A DNA stretch of 64,000 bases from Candidatus Latescibacterota bacterium (GCA_965237525.1 CBDEFO010000007.1:256001-320000); one strand, 5' to 3'; numbered from the stretch's first letter, positions 38,921-49,089 are shown. The notes: generated by a model not told the origin, from the letters alone. Numbers and translations are program-made.

Positions 38921-39883
38921 TCAATCGGATCTGGTTGTGCGGTTTGCGGGTCCTTGGGAGAATATGGGAGCGTGGCCAAGGATGTTCTCCTTTCCGACGG
39001 TGATTTTGACTCTGTCTATGATCGTGGGAAGTCCTTCCTGTCGTATCTTCTGGACGTCGTCCTGGTATTTGAATATGCAACCTAAAGTGGCGTCTGTCGT
39101 CTCAGAGTCCAGATCGCTGATCCCGAGCGAGATGAGGGCAAGACCCCAATCTATAGTCTCAGCTATGCCCGGACGCTTGTAGAAGTCTCTTGTCCTCATC
39201 AACTGCATGAAGGAACATATCTGCTTATTAAGTTTCTCTTCTATGCCTGGAACTTTGGTCTTGACGATTTGGAGTTCCTTTTCGACGGTCGGATAGTCTA
39301 TCCAAAGATAAAGGCATCTGCGCTTAAGGGCATCGTGAATTTCTCGTGTGCGGTTTGACGTGAGGACAACATATGGTACCGTTGGGGCTTTTATGGTCCC
39401 TATTTCGGGGATTGTAATCTGGAAGTCTGAAAGGATTTCTAATAAGAAGGCTTCAAATTCGTCGTCAGTTCGGTCTATTTCGTCTATTAGTAGGACAGGG
39501 GGCTTCCCGTCGTTTTGTATGGCCTCCAAAAGGGGGCGTTTGAGGAGGAAATCCTGGCTGAATATCACCTTTTCCGTTTGTTCTCTAAGTGTGTCTTCGG
39601 GTTCAGCAAGCCTTATGGCGAGCATCTGCTTGGGGTAGTTCCACTCGTAGAGAGAGGTGTTGACGTCGAGTCCCTCGTAACACTGGAGGCGTATAAGCTT
39701 GGTGTTGAGGACCTTGGACATTACCTTGGCAACTTCAGTCTTGCCGACGCCCGCTTCTCCCTCAAGGAAAATAGGCTTTTTTAGAGAGTCCGCGAGATAC
39801 ACTGTGGTGGCAAGTGATCTATCGCTGATATAGCCCGCCTCCGAAAAAGATTGTTGAACCTCTTCTATAGATTCGAACACCAT
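38921..39883 (-). CDS. CoxD-like MoxR AAA+ ATPase
   Basis: GEAGVGKTE, LQCYEG, YEWNY, LIDEID, TSNRTRE..DALKRRC. Confidence 0.93.
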   Translation of the reverse strand: MVFESIEEVQQSFSEAGYISDRSLATTVYLADSLKKPIFLEGEAGVGKTEVAKVMSKVLNTKLIRLQCYEGLDVNTSLYEWNYPKQMLAIRLAEPEDTLREQTEKVIFSQDFLLKRPLLEAIQNDGKPPVLLIDEIDRTDDEFEAFLLEILSDFQITIPEIGTIKAPTVPYVVLTSNRTREIHDALKRRCLYLWIDYPTVEKELQIVKTKVPGIEEKLNKQICSFMQLMRTRDFYKRPGIAETIDWGLALISLGISDLDSETTDATLGCIFKYQDDVQKIRQEGLPTIIDRVKITVGKENILGHAPIFSQGPANRTTRSD

Positions 39884-40296
39884 ATACTTTTGATTTCTCC
39901 GTTGAATTGCTGTTGCAAGGATATGTCTATTTTCTTAAGGAATTTATGAAAGTTAGAAAATAGAGGGACAGAGTCGGTACAACCTAAACATACGGCCAAA
40001 ACGAGGCTTAGTCAAGGACAATTCGTCCAAGTGGAAGGCCGCTCGCTGTAGTAATATAACAGGATAACTGGATCTTACCAAGCATCTTTTCAGAGTATGT
40101 CAGATCCCTAAAAGGGGAACTGCTGACAGAATTAGTCTTGACATGGACCGATTTCACTTGACTTTAAAGCAGAACTTTCATAAGTTGACGTGGTGGACAA
40201 CCCATACATCGGGAGGCTATTTCAGAAAATCCAAAACTGTTCTTGTCAGATGGTAGAAATCTTCGACATCAGTAATTCATAAGTTGCAAAAACTAC

Positions 40297-40325
40297 TTGA
40301 CCTTTGCTGTTTAATTTTCTATATT
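40297..40325 (+). promoter_or_regulatory. Putative sigma70 promoter
   Basis: TTGACC-17 bp-TATATT upstream of the + strand gene run. Confidence 0.5.
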
Positions 40326-40420
40326 TGAACTCGCAATAGAGAATTTCCAAGAATCAGGAAACTTTTAGAAGTCTATTGCTTCTAAAGTCCTATAGCTGAT
40401 AGACAAACGGGGGGACATCT

Positions 40421-40921
40421 TTGGAAGGAGTTTTGAAAGTGAGAAGACTTTTGATATGTCTGATAGCGATTCTATCTGTTTGGGGGTTGTCGTACGGGGA
40501 ATTAGGGGTAAAGCCTGAGGCTTTGAACGTGCCAAAGGAAAGTGCTCCTGGGATCAATCTTGACAGGGTGGGGAAGACCCTGGGTGGACTAAAGGGGTTG
40601 CTGGACCCGCAGAGGCTGTCTAGGTCGCAAAGCTACAGCATGGGTTTTTATTCGGGTAGCGGATCGAGCGGAATGGAGGGGATATATCTGAATAAGATGG
40701 AGTACAGAGCCTCTAACGCTCTTTCATTCAAAATGGACGTCGGCTTTCTCTACGGTTCAGGATCGCTCTTCAATCGGCTATCGGGACCAAATGAGGGTAA
40801 GATAGTGATTCCGAGGATGGGCTTTGAATACAGACCGACGAGCTATTTTAGTATCAGGATGGAGTACAGCAATCTTCCGGGGAGATATTACCGGTATAGA
40901 GACGATCTTTTGGATCGCTGA
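40421..40921 (+). CDS. Exported hypothetical protein
   Basis: Signal-peptide-like N-terminus, beta-strand-like body; start uncertain. Confidence 0.6.
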   Translation: MEGVLKVRRLLICLIAILSVWGLSYGELGVKPEALNVPKESAPGINLDRVGKTLGGLKGLLDPQRLSRSQSYSMGFYSGSGSSGMEGIYLNKMEYRASNALSFKMDVGFLYGSGSLFNRLSGPNEGKIVIPRMGFEYRPTSYFSIRMEYSNLPGRYYRYRDDLLDR

Positions 40922-41049
40922 AAGGAGCGGAGCGAAGATTGACTGGGACTTTAAGTTGGATATGGTAAGTTAGGATTTTTTCTATAAGGGACTTACGCAT
41001 TTTTTGCGGTTGTCCCTTTTCTTGTTAGTGGGATGAAGGTTCTTTCAGG

Positions 41050-41508
41050 ATGTCTCAAGGGCATAGAAAGGAAAGGAAAGGGGAAAAAGTCTCAAGACTC
41101 CTTGTGCGGTCGGTTCTAGTCCTTCTTGCGGCGATATGTGTCTTATCTGTCGGAATATCGCAAAGGGGAAAAGATCAGACGGTTGCGTGGGAGCATAGTG
41201 GCTCTCAGGTCATCCGCTTGGAGGTTCTGAACGGATGTGGCACGAATGGAATAGGGAGGACAATTGGTGATTTCTTAAGACTTGAGGGGTTCGATGTCCT
41301 AAGTGTGGCTAACGCTCGAAGCTTCGATTTCCCCGAGACTATTGTGGTAGATAGAAAGGGATCGATAAAAAGCGCTGAAAGGGCCGCAAGGGCGTTAGGG
41401 ACAAAAAATTGGATTCAGCAGATAGACCCGGATCGCTACAAAGTGGTGGATGTGTCTGTTGTGGTGGGCAAGGATTACAGAAAACTTTTGATAGATCTGT
41501 CTGATTAA
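41050..41508 (+). CDS. LytR C-terminal domain protein
   Basis: TM then EVLNGCGTNG, GFDV..NA, DVSVVVGKDY; typical neighbour of rsfS. Confidence 0.85.
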   Translation: MSQGHRKERKGEKVSRLLVRSVLVLLAAICVLSVGISQRGKDQTVAWEHSGSQVIRLEVLNGCGTNGIGRTIGDFLRLEGFDVLSVANARSFDFPETIVVDRKGSIKSAERAARALGTKNWIQQIDPDRYKVVDVSVVVGKDYRKLLIDLSD

Positions 41509-41540
41509 CGGGACATCCATTATATTATGGAGGTGATTTT

Positions 41541-41930
41541 TTGGGACTCAATACGCTGGATGTTTTGGACGTTCTGGTGGAATTAGCAAGGTCTAAGGGC
41601 GCAGAAGATATAGTGATTATGGATCTAAGGGATGTGACAGATACTACAGATTATTTTGTGATATGTACTGGGAATTCGGACGTTCACATAAGGACCCTGA
41701 CGGACAGCCTCATAGAGGGGATAAAGAAGGCGGGCGAAAGGCCGTGGTACGTCGAGGGCTACTCCAATCTAAGGTGGGTTTTGATAGATTTTGTGAACGT
41801 GGTGGTTCACATATTCGGTCGACAAGCGCGCCAGTTTTACGCTCTGGAAAGGTTGTGGGGCGACGCACAGATAGAGCGGGTAGATGATGGCGAGAAGGTG
41901 ATGGATAGGGAAAAGACGGCATTTTGTTGA
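41541..41930 (+). CDS. rsfS: Ribosome silencing factor
   Basis: KGAEDI..D, DYFVICTG, WVLID..VVVHIF..FYALERLWGDA. Confidence 0.95.
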   Translation: MGLNTLDVLDVLVELARSKGAEDIVIMDLRDVTDTTDYFVICTGNSDVHIRTLTDSLIEGIKKAGERPWYVEGYSNLRWVLIDFVNVVVHIFGRQARQFYALERLWGDAQIERVDDGEKVMDREKTAFC

Positions 41931-41976
41931 ATCGGTAACGGCCTCTTCTTTTTTCGGCACAATAGTAGGGTTCTTT

Positions 41977-42888
41977 ATGAGTCTTTTAGTAGTCGGATCG
42001 GTAGCTTTGGATACGGTCGAAACTCCGTTCGGCAGGGTGAAAGATGCTCCTGGGGGATCAGCCCTCTATTTTTCGGCCGCTGCCAGCTATTTTTGCAGTG
42101 TTAAGGTGGTCGGTGTCGTAGGGAACGATTTTCCCGTGGAGAGCGTGGATTTTCTAAGGAAGAGGAATGTGAATTTAGACGGGCTTCACGTTTCAGATGG
42201 GGATACGTTCAGATGGTCGGGTCGGTATGGATATGATCTGAATGAAAGGGAGACTATAGAGACGCGACTTAATGTATTTGCGTCTTTTCAGCCGAAGATC
42301 CTCGAAAGCTACAGAGACTCTGAGTATGTTTTTCTGGCGAATATAGACCCTCAGCTTCAACTGGACGTTTTAAAGCAGGTAAGCCGGCCCAAGCTCGTGG
42401 CGTGCGATACTATGAACTTCTGGATAGAGGGGGAAAAAGACCAACTTTTGAAGGTGCTGGGGAAGGCGGATGTTGTGATAATGAACGACTTGGAGGTAAG
42501 GGAACTTGCAGCAGAGCCGGATCTTCTTAAGGCTTCTCGGAGGTTTCTGGATATTGGGCCAGATGTAGTGATCGTGAAGAAGGGGGAGCATGGGGCCATC
42601 ATGGTCTCAAAGGATTCCTTTTTTGCGATTCCCGCGTTTCCGACGGAGTTGGTATTTGATCCGACAGGAGCGGGGGATTCGTTTGCGGGGGGACTAATGG
42701 GATACCTTGCAAGTTCTGAAGACGTGAGCGAGATGAATTTAAGGAGGGCAATGGTCTATGGGAGCGTGATGGCATCTTTCAACGTGGAGAGGTTCAGCTT
42801 TGAGAGGCTGAAGGACTTAAAGGATGAGGAGATAAAAGAGAGATTCAGGGAATTTAAGCGGATTACCTATTTTGAAGAAGTGTCATAG
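41977..42888 (+). CDS. PfkB family carbohydrate/nucleoside kinase
   Basis: VGSVALD, GGSA, KKGEHG, DPTGAGDSFAGG. Confidence 0.9.
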   Translation: MSLLVVGSVALDTVETPFGRVKDAPGGSALYFSAAASYFCSVKVVGVVGNDFPVESVDFLRKRNVNLDGLHVSDGDTFRWSGRYGYDLNERETIETRLNVFASFQPKILESYRDSEYVFLANIDPQLQLDVLKQVSRPKLVACDTMNFWIEGEKDQLLKVLGKADVVIMNDLEVRELAAEPDLLKASRRFLDIGPDVVIVKKGEHGAIMVSKDSFFAIPAFPTELVFDPTGAGDSFAGGLMGYLASSEDVSEMNLRRAMVYGSVMASFNVERFSFERLKDLKDEEIKERFREFKRITYFEEVS

Positions 42889-42907
42889 GGGGCACGGACG
42901 TGGGTTT

Positions 42908-44017
42908 ATGGTAAAGACCTTAGAGTGGATCGGCGATGCCTTGAGGCTGATAGATCAGACGAGGCTCCCAAACGAAGTGGTATATATAGATTGCAGGGAT
43001 GTGGAGACAGTGGCAAGGGCAATTGAGGTCCTCTCTGTAAGAGGTGCGCCTGCAATAGGCGTGGCTGCGGCCTACGGCACAGTGATAGGGGCGATCGAAG
43101 CACAGAGGGAGAGCGGCGGCGTTGAGAGGATAAAGATGGCAATTGAGCGTCTGGAAAAGACAAGGCCCACGGCCCGGAATCTCTTCTGGGCCTTGGAGAG
43201 GATGAAAAATGTGTTGAAAAGGGTCGAGCAGGAGGACGTGCGGACAGTCAGAGACGCTCTTTTGAATGAGGCCAATTCTATCTATATCGAGGATAGGGAA
43301 ATCTGCAGGAAGATCGGAGAAAACGGCTCCAGACTCTTAAAGGATAATAATTCAGTTTTGACTCACTGCAACGCTGGAGCTCTGGCTACTGCAGGTGCTG
43401 GGACTGCTCTTTCTGTGATATACACGGCCGTAGAGCAGGGCAAGACAATCCGGGTCTTTGCAGATGAGACGAGACCTCTCCTGCAGGGAGCAAGGCTGAC
43501 GGCGTGGGAATTGATGGAAAGTGGCGTGGACGTGACGCTCATATGTGACAGCATGGTAGGATCCGTGATGAAGAGCAAAATGGTGGACTGTGTGGTCGTG
43601 GGGGCAGATAGGATAGCTTCAAACGGGGACGTGGCGAACAAGATAGGTACTTATTCTGTGGCGGTGCTGGCCAAAGAACACGGCATACCGTTTTACGTGG
43701 CGGCCCCCCTTTCCACGCTGGACATGGATATAGAGTGCGGGGATCAGATCCCTATCGAAGAGAGAAAACCGCAGGAGGTGACGGAGGGCTTCGGAAAGAG
43801 GACAGCTCCTTTTGACGTCAAGGTCTACAGCCCGGCTTTCGATGTGACTCCGAATTCTTATGTGTCGGCTATCATCTCTGAGAAGGGGATCGCAAGGGGA
43901 AATTACAATGTGGTGTTAAGGAACTGGGCAAAAACAGAAGACAGTAGGCCTCGACCCCCAATAGATTCAATTGGGAGTTCAATCGGTGGTAGACAGGGCG
44001 CCTCACCCGCTGTATGA
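42908..44017 (+). CDS. mtnA: S-methyl-5-thioribose-1-phosphate isomerase with repeat-derived C-terminal tail
   Basis: DQTRLP, VRGAPAIG, RPTA, THCNAGALAT, ETRP..QGARLTAWEL, GADRI..ANKIGTY, PAFDVTP. Confidence 0.95.
   Translation: MVKTLEWIGDALRLIDQTRLPNEVVYIDCRDVETVARAIEVLSVRGAPAIGVAAAYGTVIGAIEAQRESGGVERIKMAIERLEKTRPTARNLFWALERMKNVLKRVEQEDVRTVRDALLNEANSIYIEDREICRKIGENGSRLLKDNNSVLTHCNAGALATAGAGTALSVIYTAVEQGKTIRVFADETRPLLQGARLTAWELMESGVDVTLICDSMVGSVMKSKMVDCVVVGADRIASNGDVANKIGTYSVAVLAKEHGIPFYVAAPLSTLDMDIECGDQIPIEERKPQEVTEGFGKRTAPFDVKVYSPAFDVTPNSYVSAIISEKGIARGNYNVVLRNWAKTEDSRPRPPIDSIGSSIGGRQGASPAV
43956..43976. repeat. Family A element in the mtnA tail
   Basis: CCCCAATAGATTCAATTGGGA, read as PPIDSIG. 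Confidence 0.8.
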
Positions 44018-44254
44018 TGTTCTCCTTCGGCGCCTGTTTTGACGGCTCTGCGCGCGTGCTTTCAATAGCCCATTTGGCCATGCTGGTGTCTACCCTACAC
44101 GGAGGTAACCTCCTTGTGTTTTTGATGCGAAGATGCCTCATGTAAATAAAATGAAATGGTTAATTTGAACTTGGTAAGAATGTAACGTAACTTCCTCTTA
44201 ATTTTACAATCGGGATTCTTCATCCCGATTGTACACATGAGCTTTTGACAGGTT

Positions 44255-45178
44255 ATGAGATCGTATTATAGATTTTTCGTTTTGCTAGGGGTTCTGGCTT
44301 CTTTTGTGCTGCCTTATCAGTCGGCGTACGGTCAAGATGGCGCTATAGCGCATAGCTCCTATGCTATAGATGCTATTGTAGATACGAGCATTACGACCAC
44401 CGCGTCCCCGATTGAACCTATCGGGGATGGAGCAAGAAGGATAAAAAACGGCGCGTTCGAAGTGGGAGAGAAGCTGGTCTATTCGATACAGTTCGGGCTT
44501 ATTCAGGCCGGAAAATCGGTGGTGGAGATTGCAGGGATAGAAGTGGTGAACGGGAGAAGGTGTTATCGTGTGGTCTCTACTACAGAGTCTAACAAGGCTT
44601 TTTCAGTGTTCTACAGAGTCAGAGATAGGGTTGAGTCGTTTATAGACGTGGAGGGGATATATCCCTGGAAGTTTGAGAAGCATTTGAGGGAGGGAACATA
44701 TAGGGCTGACAGGTCGGTTATCTACGACCAGATAAATCACTTGGCAATCACAAATGGAGATACGATCTCGGTGCCTCCGTACGTTCAGGACGGACTTTCA
44801 GCGTTCTATTATATAAGGACCCAAGAGCTTGAAGTAGGACAGACCCTTTTGGTGGACAATCATGATAATGCGAAGGTCTATCCTCTGAAGGTAAAGGTGC
44901 TGAGGAGAGATGTGATAAAGACTAAGTTAGGAAAGTTGGCTTGTCTGGTGATAGAACCTATGCTGAAGTCGGGGGCGCTCTTTAAGCACCAGGGAAGGCT
45001 GACTGTGTGGCTGACGGACGATGACAGAAAGATTCCGGTCCGTATGAAGAGCAAGATAGTGATAGGACACATTGACGTTAGGCTTGTGGAATATAGCATC
45101 AATGGGGAAAACAGAGAGAATGTCGAAATACAGGCAGACAGATCTTGGGAAAGTAAGGATGCACCCGTTCGGGAATAG
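44255..45178 (+). CDS. DUF3108-like exported protein
   Basis: Signal peptide, GEKLVY, FYRVRD, QDGLSAFYYIR, VWLTDD..IPV. Confidence 0.75.
   Translation: MRSYYRFFVLLGVLASFVLPYQSAYGQDGAIAHSSYAIDAIVDTSITTTASPIEPIGDGARRIKNGAFEVGEKLVYSIQFGLIQAGKSVVEIAGIEVVNGRRCYRVVSTTESNKAFSVFYRVRDRVESFIDVEGIYPWKFEKHLREGTYRADRSVIYDQINHLAITNGDTISVPPYVQDGLSAFYYIRTQELEVGQTLLVDNHDNAKVYPLKVKVLRRDVIKTKLGKLACLVIEPMLKSGALFKHQGRLTVWLTDDDRKIPVRMKSKIVIGHIDVRLVEYSINGENRENVEIQADRSWESKDAPVRE
44406..44426. repeat. Family A element, in frame in the DUF3108-like gene
   Basis: CCCCGATTGAACCTATCGGGG, read as SPIEPIGD. Confidence 0.85.
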
Positions 45179-46067
45179 GAAGAGCAAGGTCTTGGTAGAA
45201 GATTTTGCATCTGTTTTTGCAGCGGGAGGAGGCTTCAAAGAATTTATAGATTCTCTGCCGAACATCTTGAAGGGGAAAGATCTGCGGGATGTGGTAGAGG
45301 GGGTCGTCTCCTCAAGGAGAGGAAAAAAGCCCGTAGTATGGATGATCGGCGCGCACATTATTAAGTGCGGGTTGAATCCTATTTTAATAGACCTGATGGA
45401 AAGAGGCTTCATAAGCCACTTGGCGATGAACGGGGCAGGGGCGATTCACGACTCCGAAGTTGCGCTGTGGGGAAAGACGTCTGAGGACGTGCTGGAGAAC
45501 CTGGAGAATGGGTCGTTCGGAATGTCCGAAGATACGGGCAGATTTGTAAATGGAGCAGCATGCAAGGCCATGGCCGAGAAATTGGGATACGGCGAATCGC
45601 TTGGCAGGGAACTTCACCAAGTTGAGGCGGAAAATCTGAACCTAAGCCTTCTTGCTTCAGGATATAGGCTGTCAATTCCGGTGACAGTTCACGTGGCTTT
45701 GGGAACCGATATTGTGCATCAGCAGCCTACGGCTGACGGCGCGGCGTTCGGGGACTCCAGCTACAGGGATTTTAAGATATTTACTGCTTCCCTTGAGAAT
45801 ATAGAGGGAGGAGCTGTGTTGAATGTGGGTTCGGCCGTAATCATGCCTGAGGTATTCCTGAAGGCTTTATGTGTGGTAAGGAATTTGGGTCATAAGGCGC
45901 AAGACTTTATGCCTGTCAATTTTGATATGATAGATCACTATCGTACGAAGGTAAATGTGGTTGATAGGCCGACGGCAAGGGGTTTTTCTATCATAGGGCA
46001 TCACGAGATAATGATCCCGCTCTTGGCGGCGACCGTAAAGTGCCTCTGGGAGGAGGAACAAAGGTGA
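45120..46067 (+). CDS. Conserved hypothetical protein
   Basis: GAHIIKCG, AMNGAGAIHD, GTDIVH, GSAVIMPEVFLKA, GHHEIMIP; ATG 45120. Confidence 0.75.
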   Translation: MSKYRQTDLGKVRMHPFGNRKSKVLVEDFASVFAAGGGFKEFIDSLPNILKGKDLRDVVEGVVSSRRGKKPVVWMIGAHIIKCGLNPILIDLMERGFISHLAMNGAGAIHDSEVALWGKTSEDVLENLENGSFGMSEDTGRFVNGAACKAMAEKLGYGESLGRELHQVEAENLNLSLLASGYRLSIPVTVHVALGTDIVHQQPTADGAAFGDSSYRDFKIFTASLENIEGGAVLNVGSAVIMPEVFLKALCVVRNLGHKAQDFMPVNFDMIDHYRTKVNVVDRPTARGFSIIGHHEIMIPLLAATVKCLWEEEQR

Positions 46068-46858
46068 TTGTTCGGTTGAGATTTGTGGGGATCGTAATAG
46101 CGTCTTTGATCCTTGCGGTCGGTTGTTCGGGTACCAGGAAAGATGTAGTAAAGATGCCTCCTGCATGGGAGGATTTTGATCTGGGATCTTTAGACGATGA
46201 CGATATAGTGATAAGACCTGATGTGGCCCCTGAGGAGAACACCATGGAGGAAACAGCCTCTTTTGCTCCTGGAGTTGAGAAGGAGATCTTGCAGGATGAT
46301 CCCGTGCCTTCAGGTGATACGCTTAGCTATGAGATAGTTGACGGTTACAGGGTCCAGATTTTTGCTGGCATCGATCGGGGTATGGCAGAAAGGGTAAAGG
46401 GGGAGGCGTTGGAAAAACTTAACGTAGGAATATATGTTGAGTATGATCCGCCCCTTTACCGGGTGAGAATAGGAGATTGCAGGACAGTGGAGGAGGTGCA
46501 GAGCTTGGCAGCTGAGGCTAAGCTGAAGGGCTACAGCGACGCCTTCTGGGCTCCTACACAGATAAATGTCACGAAAGAGATGAAGACAATTAAGGAGGAG
46601 GCAGAGGGCTTTCGGATCCAGATAATGATGCTTGAAAATGCAGATACTGCGCAGAAGGTAAGGCAGGAGGCGGAAGAACTGTTCAATATAGGCGTCTACG
46701 TGGACTTTGAGCCTGCGTTTTATAAGGTCAGGATCGGTGATTTCACTGACAGGTCTGAGGCTGAGGTGACACTGGAGATTGTCAGGTCAAAGGGATATAG
46801 AGATGCTTTTGTTGTTACATCTAAGGTCTGGGTGGAAAGGATAGTGGAGGGGGAATAG
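46064..46858 (+). CDS. Lipoprotein with two SPOR domains
   Basis: Lipobox-like AVGC; GYRVQI..YRVRIG..DAF and GFRIQI..YKVRIG..DAF. Confidence 0.85.
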   Translation: MIVRLRFVGIVIASLILAVGCSGTRKDVVKMPPAWEDFDLGSLDDDDIVIRPDVAPEENTMEETASFAPGVEKEILQDDPVPSGDTLSYEIVDGYRVQIFAGIDRGMAERVKGEALEKLNVGIYVEYDPPLYRVRIGDCRTVEEVQSLAAEAKLKGYSDAFWAPTQINVTKEMKTIKEEAEGFRIQIMMLENADTAQKVRQEAEELFNIGVYVDFEPAFYKVRIGDFTDRSEAEVTLEIVRSKGYRDAFVVTSKVWVERIVEGE

Positions 46859-46953
46859 ATAAGGATATGCCAAGAGAGTAGACAGCAAACAGAGATGAGG
46901 GGAGATTACCCTATCTACTCGTTTTCTGAGTTCTTAGCTGCCAGAGGGAGGCG

Positions 46954-48981
46954 ATGTTGAAAGTTAAACTGCAGGTGTTATCACTGTTGGTTGTTCTAAC
47001 AGGAGGATGTGGGCTATCGGGCTTAGTTGGGATTCAACGCAATAATCAATCGGAGGCCCCGAGAAGTTCTTCGATACCTGTTGATGAAAAGGAGCTAGTT
47101 ATATCAGAGCCAGACTCAGTATATGCACCTGTGGTTGAGATTTCAGATGAAGAGAGAATTAGGATGGCGCAAGATATGATCGGAAGGGCGGTAAAAGTGC
47201 ATAAGGCGGGGGACGCAGATGGGGCGCAGAACGAGTTGGATGCAGCTTCTTTATTGCTTTCTGGTTGTGAAGTGGGAATGGAATCAGAGCCTGAGCTTTT
47301 TAAGAGTTTCGTGGAAGCCATAAAATCTTTGGAGGAAGAGTATAAGAGACTGATTCCGGACGTGTCAGCCCTGTCTGCAGAGAGTCCATTGTCCGTGTTT
47401 TTGGAGGGGATGGACGAGGAAGTTAAGGGAGACGGAGATTTACATCAATTTATTTTGGTGAGCCAAATAGCCAAGGCGTGCGACATCCAGATAGATTATA
47501 ATATGAAGGTCAAAAGAACTATCGAATATTTTCAGACCAAGGCCAAAGAGATTTTCCGCCAGAGACTGAGGCGATCTGGAAGATATTTGGGCATGATGCG
47601 GGGAATATTTGAAGAAGAGGGTTTGCCATTAGATCTGATCTATCTTTCTATGATTGAAAGCGGTTTTAAGCCTCAGGCTTACTCGAAAGCAGGAGCCGCG
47701 GGATTGTGGCAGTTTATACCTTCTACGGGGCTCCTCTACGGGCTCAGGAGAGACTGGGGAATAGATGAAAGGAGAGATCCTATAAAGTCCACAGTAGCAG
47801 CTGCCAGGCATCTGAAGGATCTTTACACTCATCTGGAGGATTGGCGACTGGCAGTAGCTGCGTACAACTGCGGCCGCGGGAGGTTGAATAGAGCGGTAAG
47901 TAAGGCTAAATCCAGAAACTTTTGGGATCTGGATCTCCCAAGGGAGACAAAAAACTTCGTGCCGGCTTTTATGGCCGCGGTGGTTATGTCAAAAAATCCC
48001 GAAGCATTCGGATTCGACGATTTAGTATATGATCCTCCGATAGAGTACGACGAAGTAGAGGTTCCCTGGGGGATGAGTCTTTTGGTTGCAGCCGAGTGTG
48101 CCGGGACATCATACCAGGAGATAAAGTCATTAAATCCTGAGCTGAGGCGTAATTATGTGCCTATGAACGTAAAGAGTTACAGGCTTATGATACCCAAGGG
48201 TGCGATGGAAAAATTTGTGCTCAATTATGATGAGCTCCCTAGTAGCAAAAAGGTCATCTGGCAAAGGTACAGGATCAAAAGGGGAGACAGCATCTGGCGC
48301 ATAGCAAGAAAGTTCAATACATCCCAGAAGGCTATCGTCTATGCTAATTCATTGAAAAACCCGAACAGGATCAGACATGGAAAGTATCTTATGATACCTG
48401 TGCCTGACGGTAAGATAGATTTAGCAAGGCTCTCGAACTTAGAGCCTGCACAGTATGGCGGGTATGATAAAGATGTTCATTTGGTAGTAAAGGGGGACAA
48501 TCTGACTAAGATCGCCCTTATGTACGGCACCAGTACGAACAAGCTTTTGAAGTTGAACGGTATGTCGGCCAGACAGTATATCCATCCTGGGGATAGGATC
48601 ATCCTTCGCGAGCAAACAGATGGTGACAAGGATGGAAAGGCGTCTAAAACGCTTGTGATATATACGGTGGAAAAGGGGGACAATCTGACTAAGATCGCCC
48701 TTATGTACGGCACCAGTACGAACAAGCTTTTGAAGTTGAACGGTATGTCGGCCAGACAGTATATCCATCCTGGGGATAGGATTATCCTTCGCGAGCAAAC
48801 AGATGGTGACAAGGATGGAAAGGCGTCTAAAACGCTTGTGATATATACAGTGGAAAAGGGGGACACGCTCTGGGAGATATCTTTGAGATTGGGCATAGGC
48901 GTCAAGGATATTGCAACGTGGAATGGAATCCACAAATTGGAAAGGATATATCCGGGCGATAAGCTGAAGATATGGAGGTAA
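46954..48981 (+). CDS. mltD: MltD-like lytic murein transglycosylase with four LysM domains
   Basis: Lipobox, IESGF, AAGLWQF, DERRDP, AAYNCG, ETKNFVP; LysM repeats. Confidence 0.9.
   Translation: MLKVKLQVLSLLVVLTGGCGLSGLVGIQRNNQSEAPRSSSIPVDEKELVISEPDSVYAPVVEISDEERIRMAQDMIGRAVKVHKAGDADGAQNELDAASLLLSGCEVGMESEPELFKSFVEAIKSLEEEYKRLIPDVSALSAESPLSVFLEGMDEEVKGDGDLHQFILVSQIAKACDIQIDYNMKVKRTIEYFQTKAKEIFRQRLRRSGRYLGMMRGIFEEEGLPLDLIYLSMIESGFKPQAYSKAGAAGLWQFIPSTGLLYGLRRDWGIDERRDPIKSTVAAARHLKDLYTHLEDWRLAVAAYNCGRGRLNRAVSKAKSRNFWDLDLPRETKNFVPAFMAAVVMSKNPEAFGFDDLVYDPPIEYDEVEVPWGMSLLVAAECAGTSYQEIKSLNPELRRNYVPMNVKSYRLMIPKGAMEKFVLNYDELPSSKKVIWQRYRIKRGDSIWRIARKFNTSQKAIVYANSLKNPNRIRHGKYLMIPVPDGKIDLARLSNLEPAQYGGYDKDVHLVVKGDNLTKIALMYGTSTNKLLKLNGMSARQYIHPGDRIILREQTDGDKDGKASKTLVIYTVEKGDNLTKIALMYGTSTNKLLKLNGMSARQYIHPGDRIILREQTDGDKDGKASKTLVIYTVEKGDTLWEISLRLGIGVKDIATWNGIHKLERIYPGDKLKIWR
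48489..48864 (+). repeat. 183-bp tandem duplication of a LysM module
   Basis: AAAGGGGGAC recurs at 48489, 48672 and 48855; the units differ at two synonymous sites I could see. Confidence 0.92.
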
Positions 48982-49047
48982 TCCCCATTGAATCAGTAGA
49001 AAGTAGGCAGGACGCCTCCTTTCCCCTCAACTGTCATTGCGAGGCGG

Positions 49048-49089
49048 CGTGCCCGCTGTGCTGGGGTGGCAGCAAGCCACGGAGTGGGC
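49048..49089. repeat. Family D element (GTGCCCGC..GGCAGCAAGCCACG(A/G)AGTGGG)
   Basis: Related copies at 3802-3842, 7652-7681 and 38855-38898; partial copies at 54818-54833 and 55968-55983. Confidence 0.65.

Noticed and set aside
39884..40420. Replication origin at the switch in coding strand
   Set aside because: I saw no DnaA-box cluster; it reads as an ordinary divergent promoter region.
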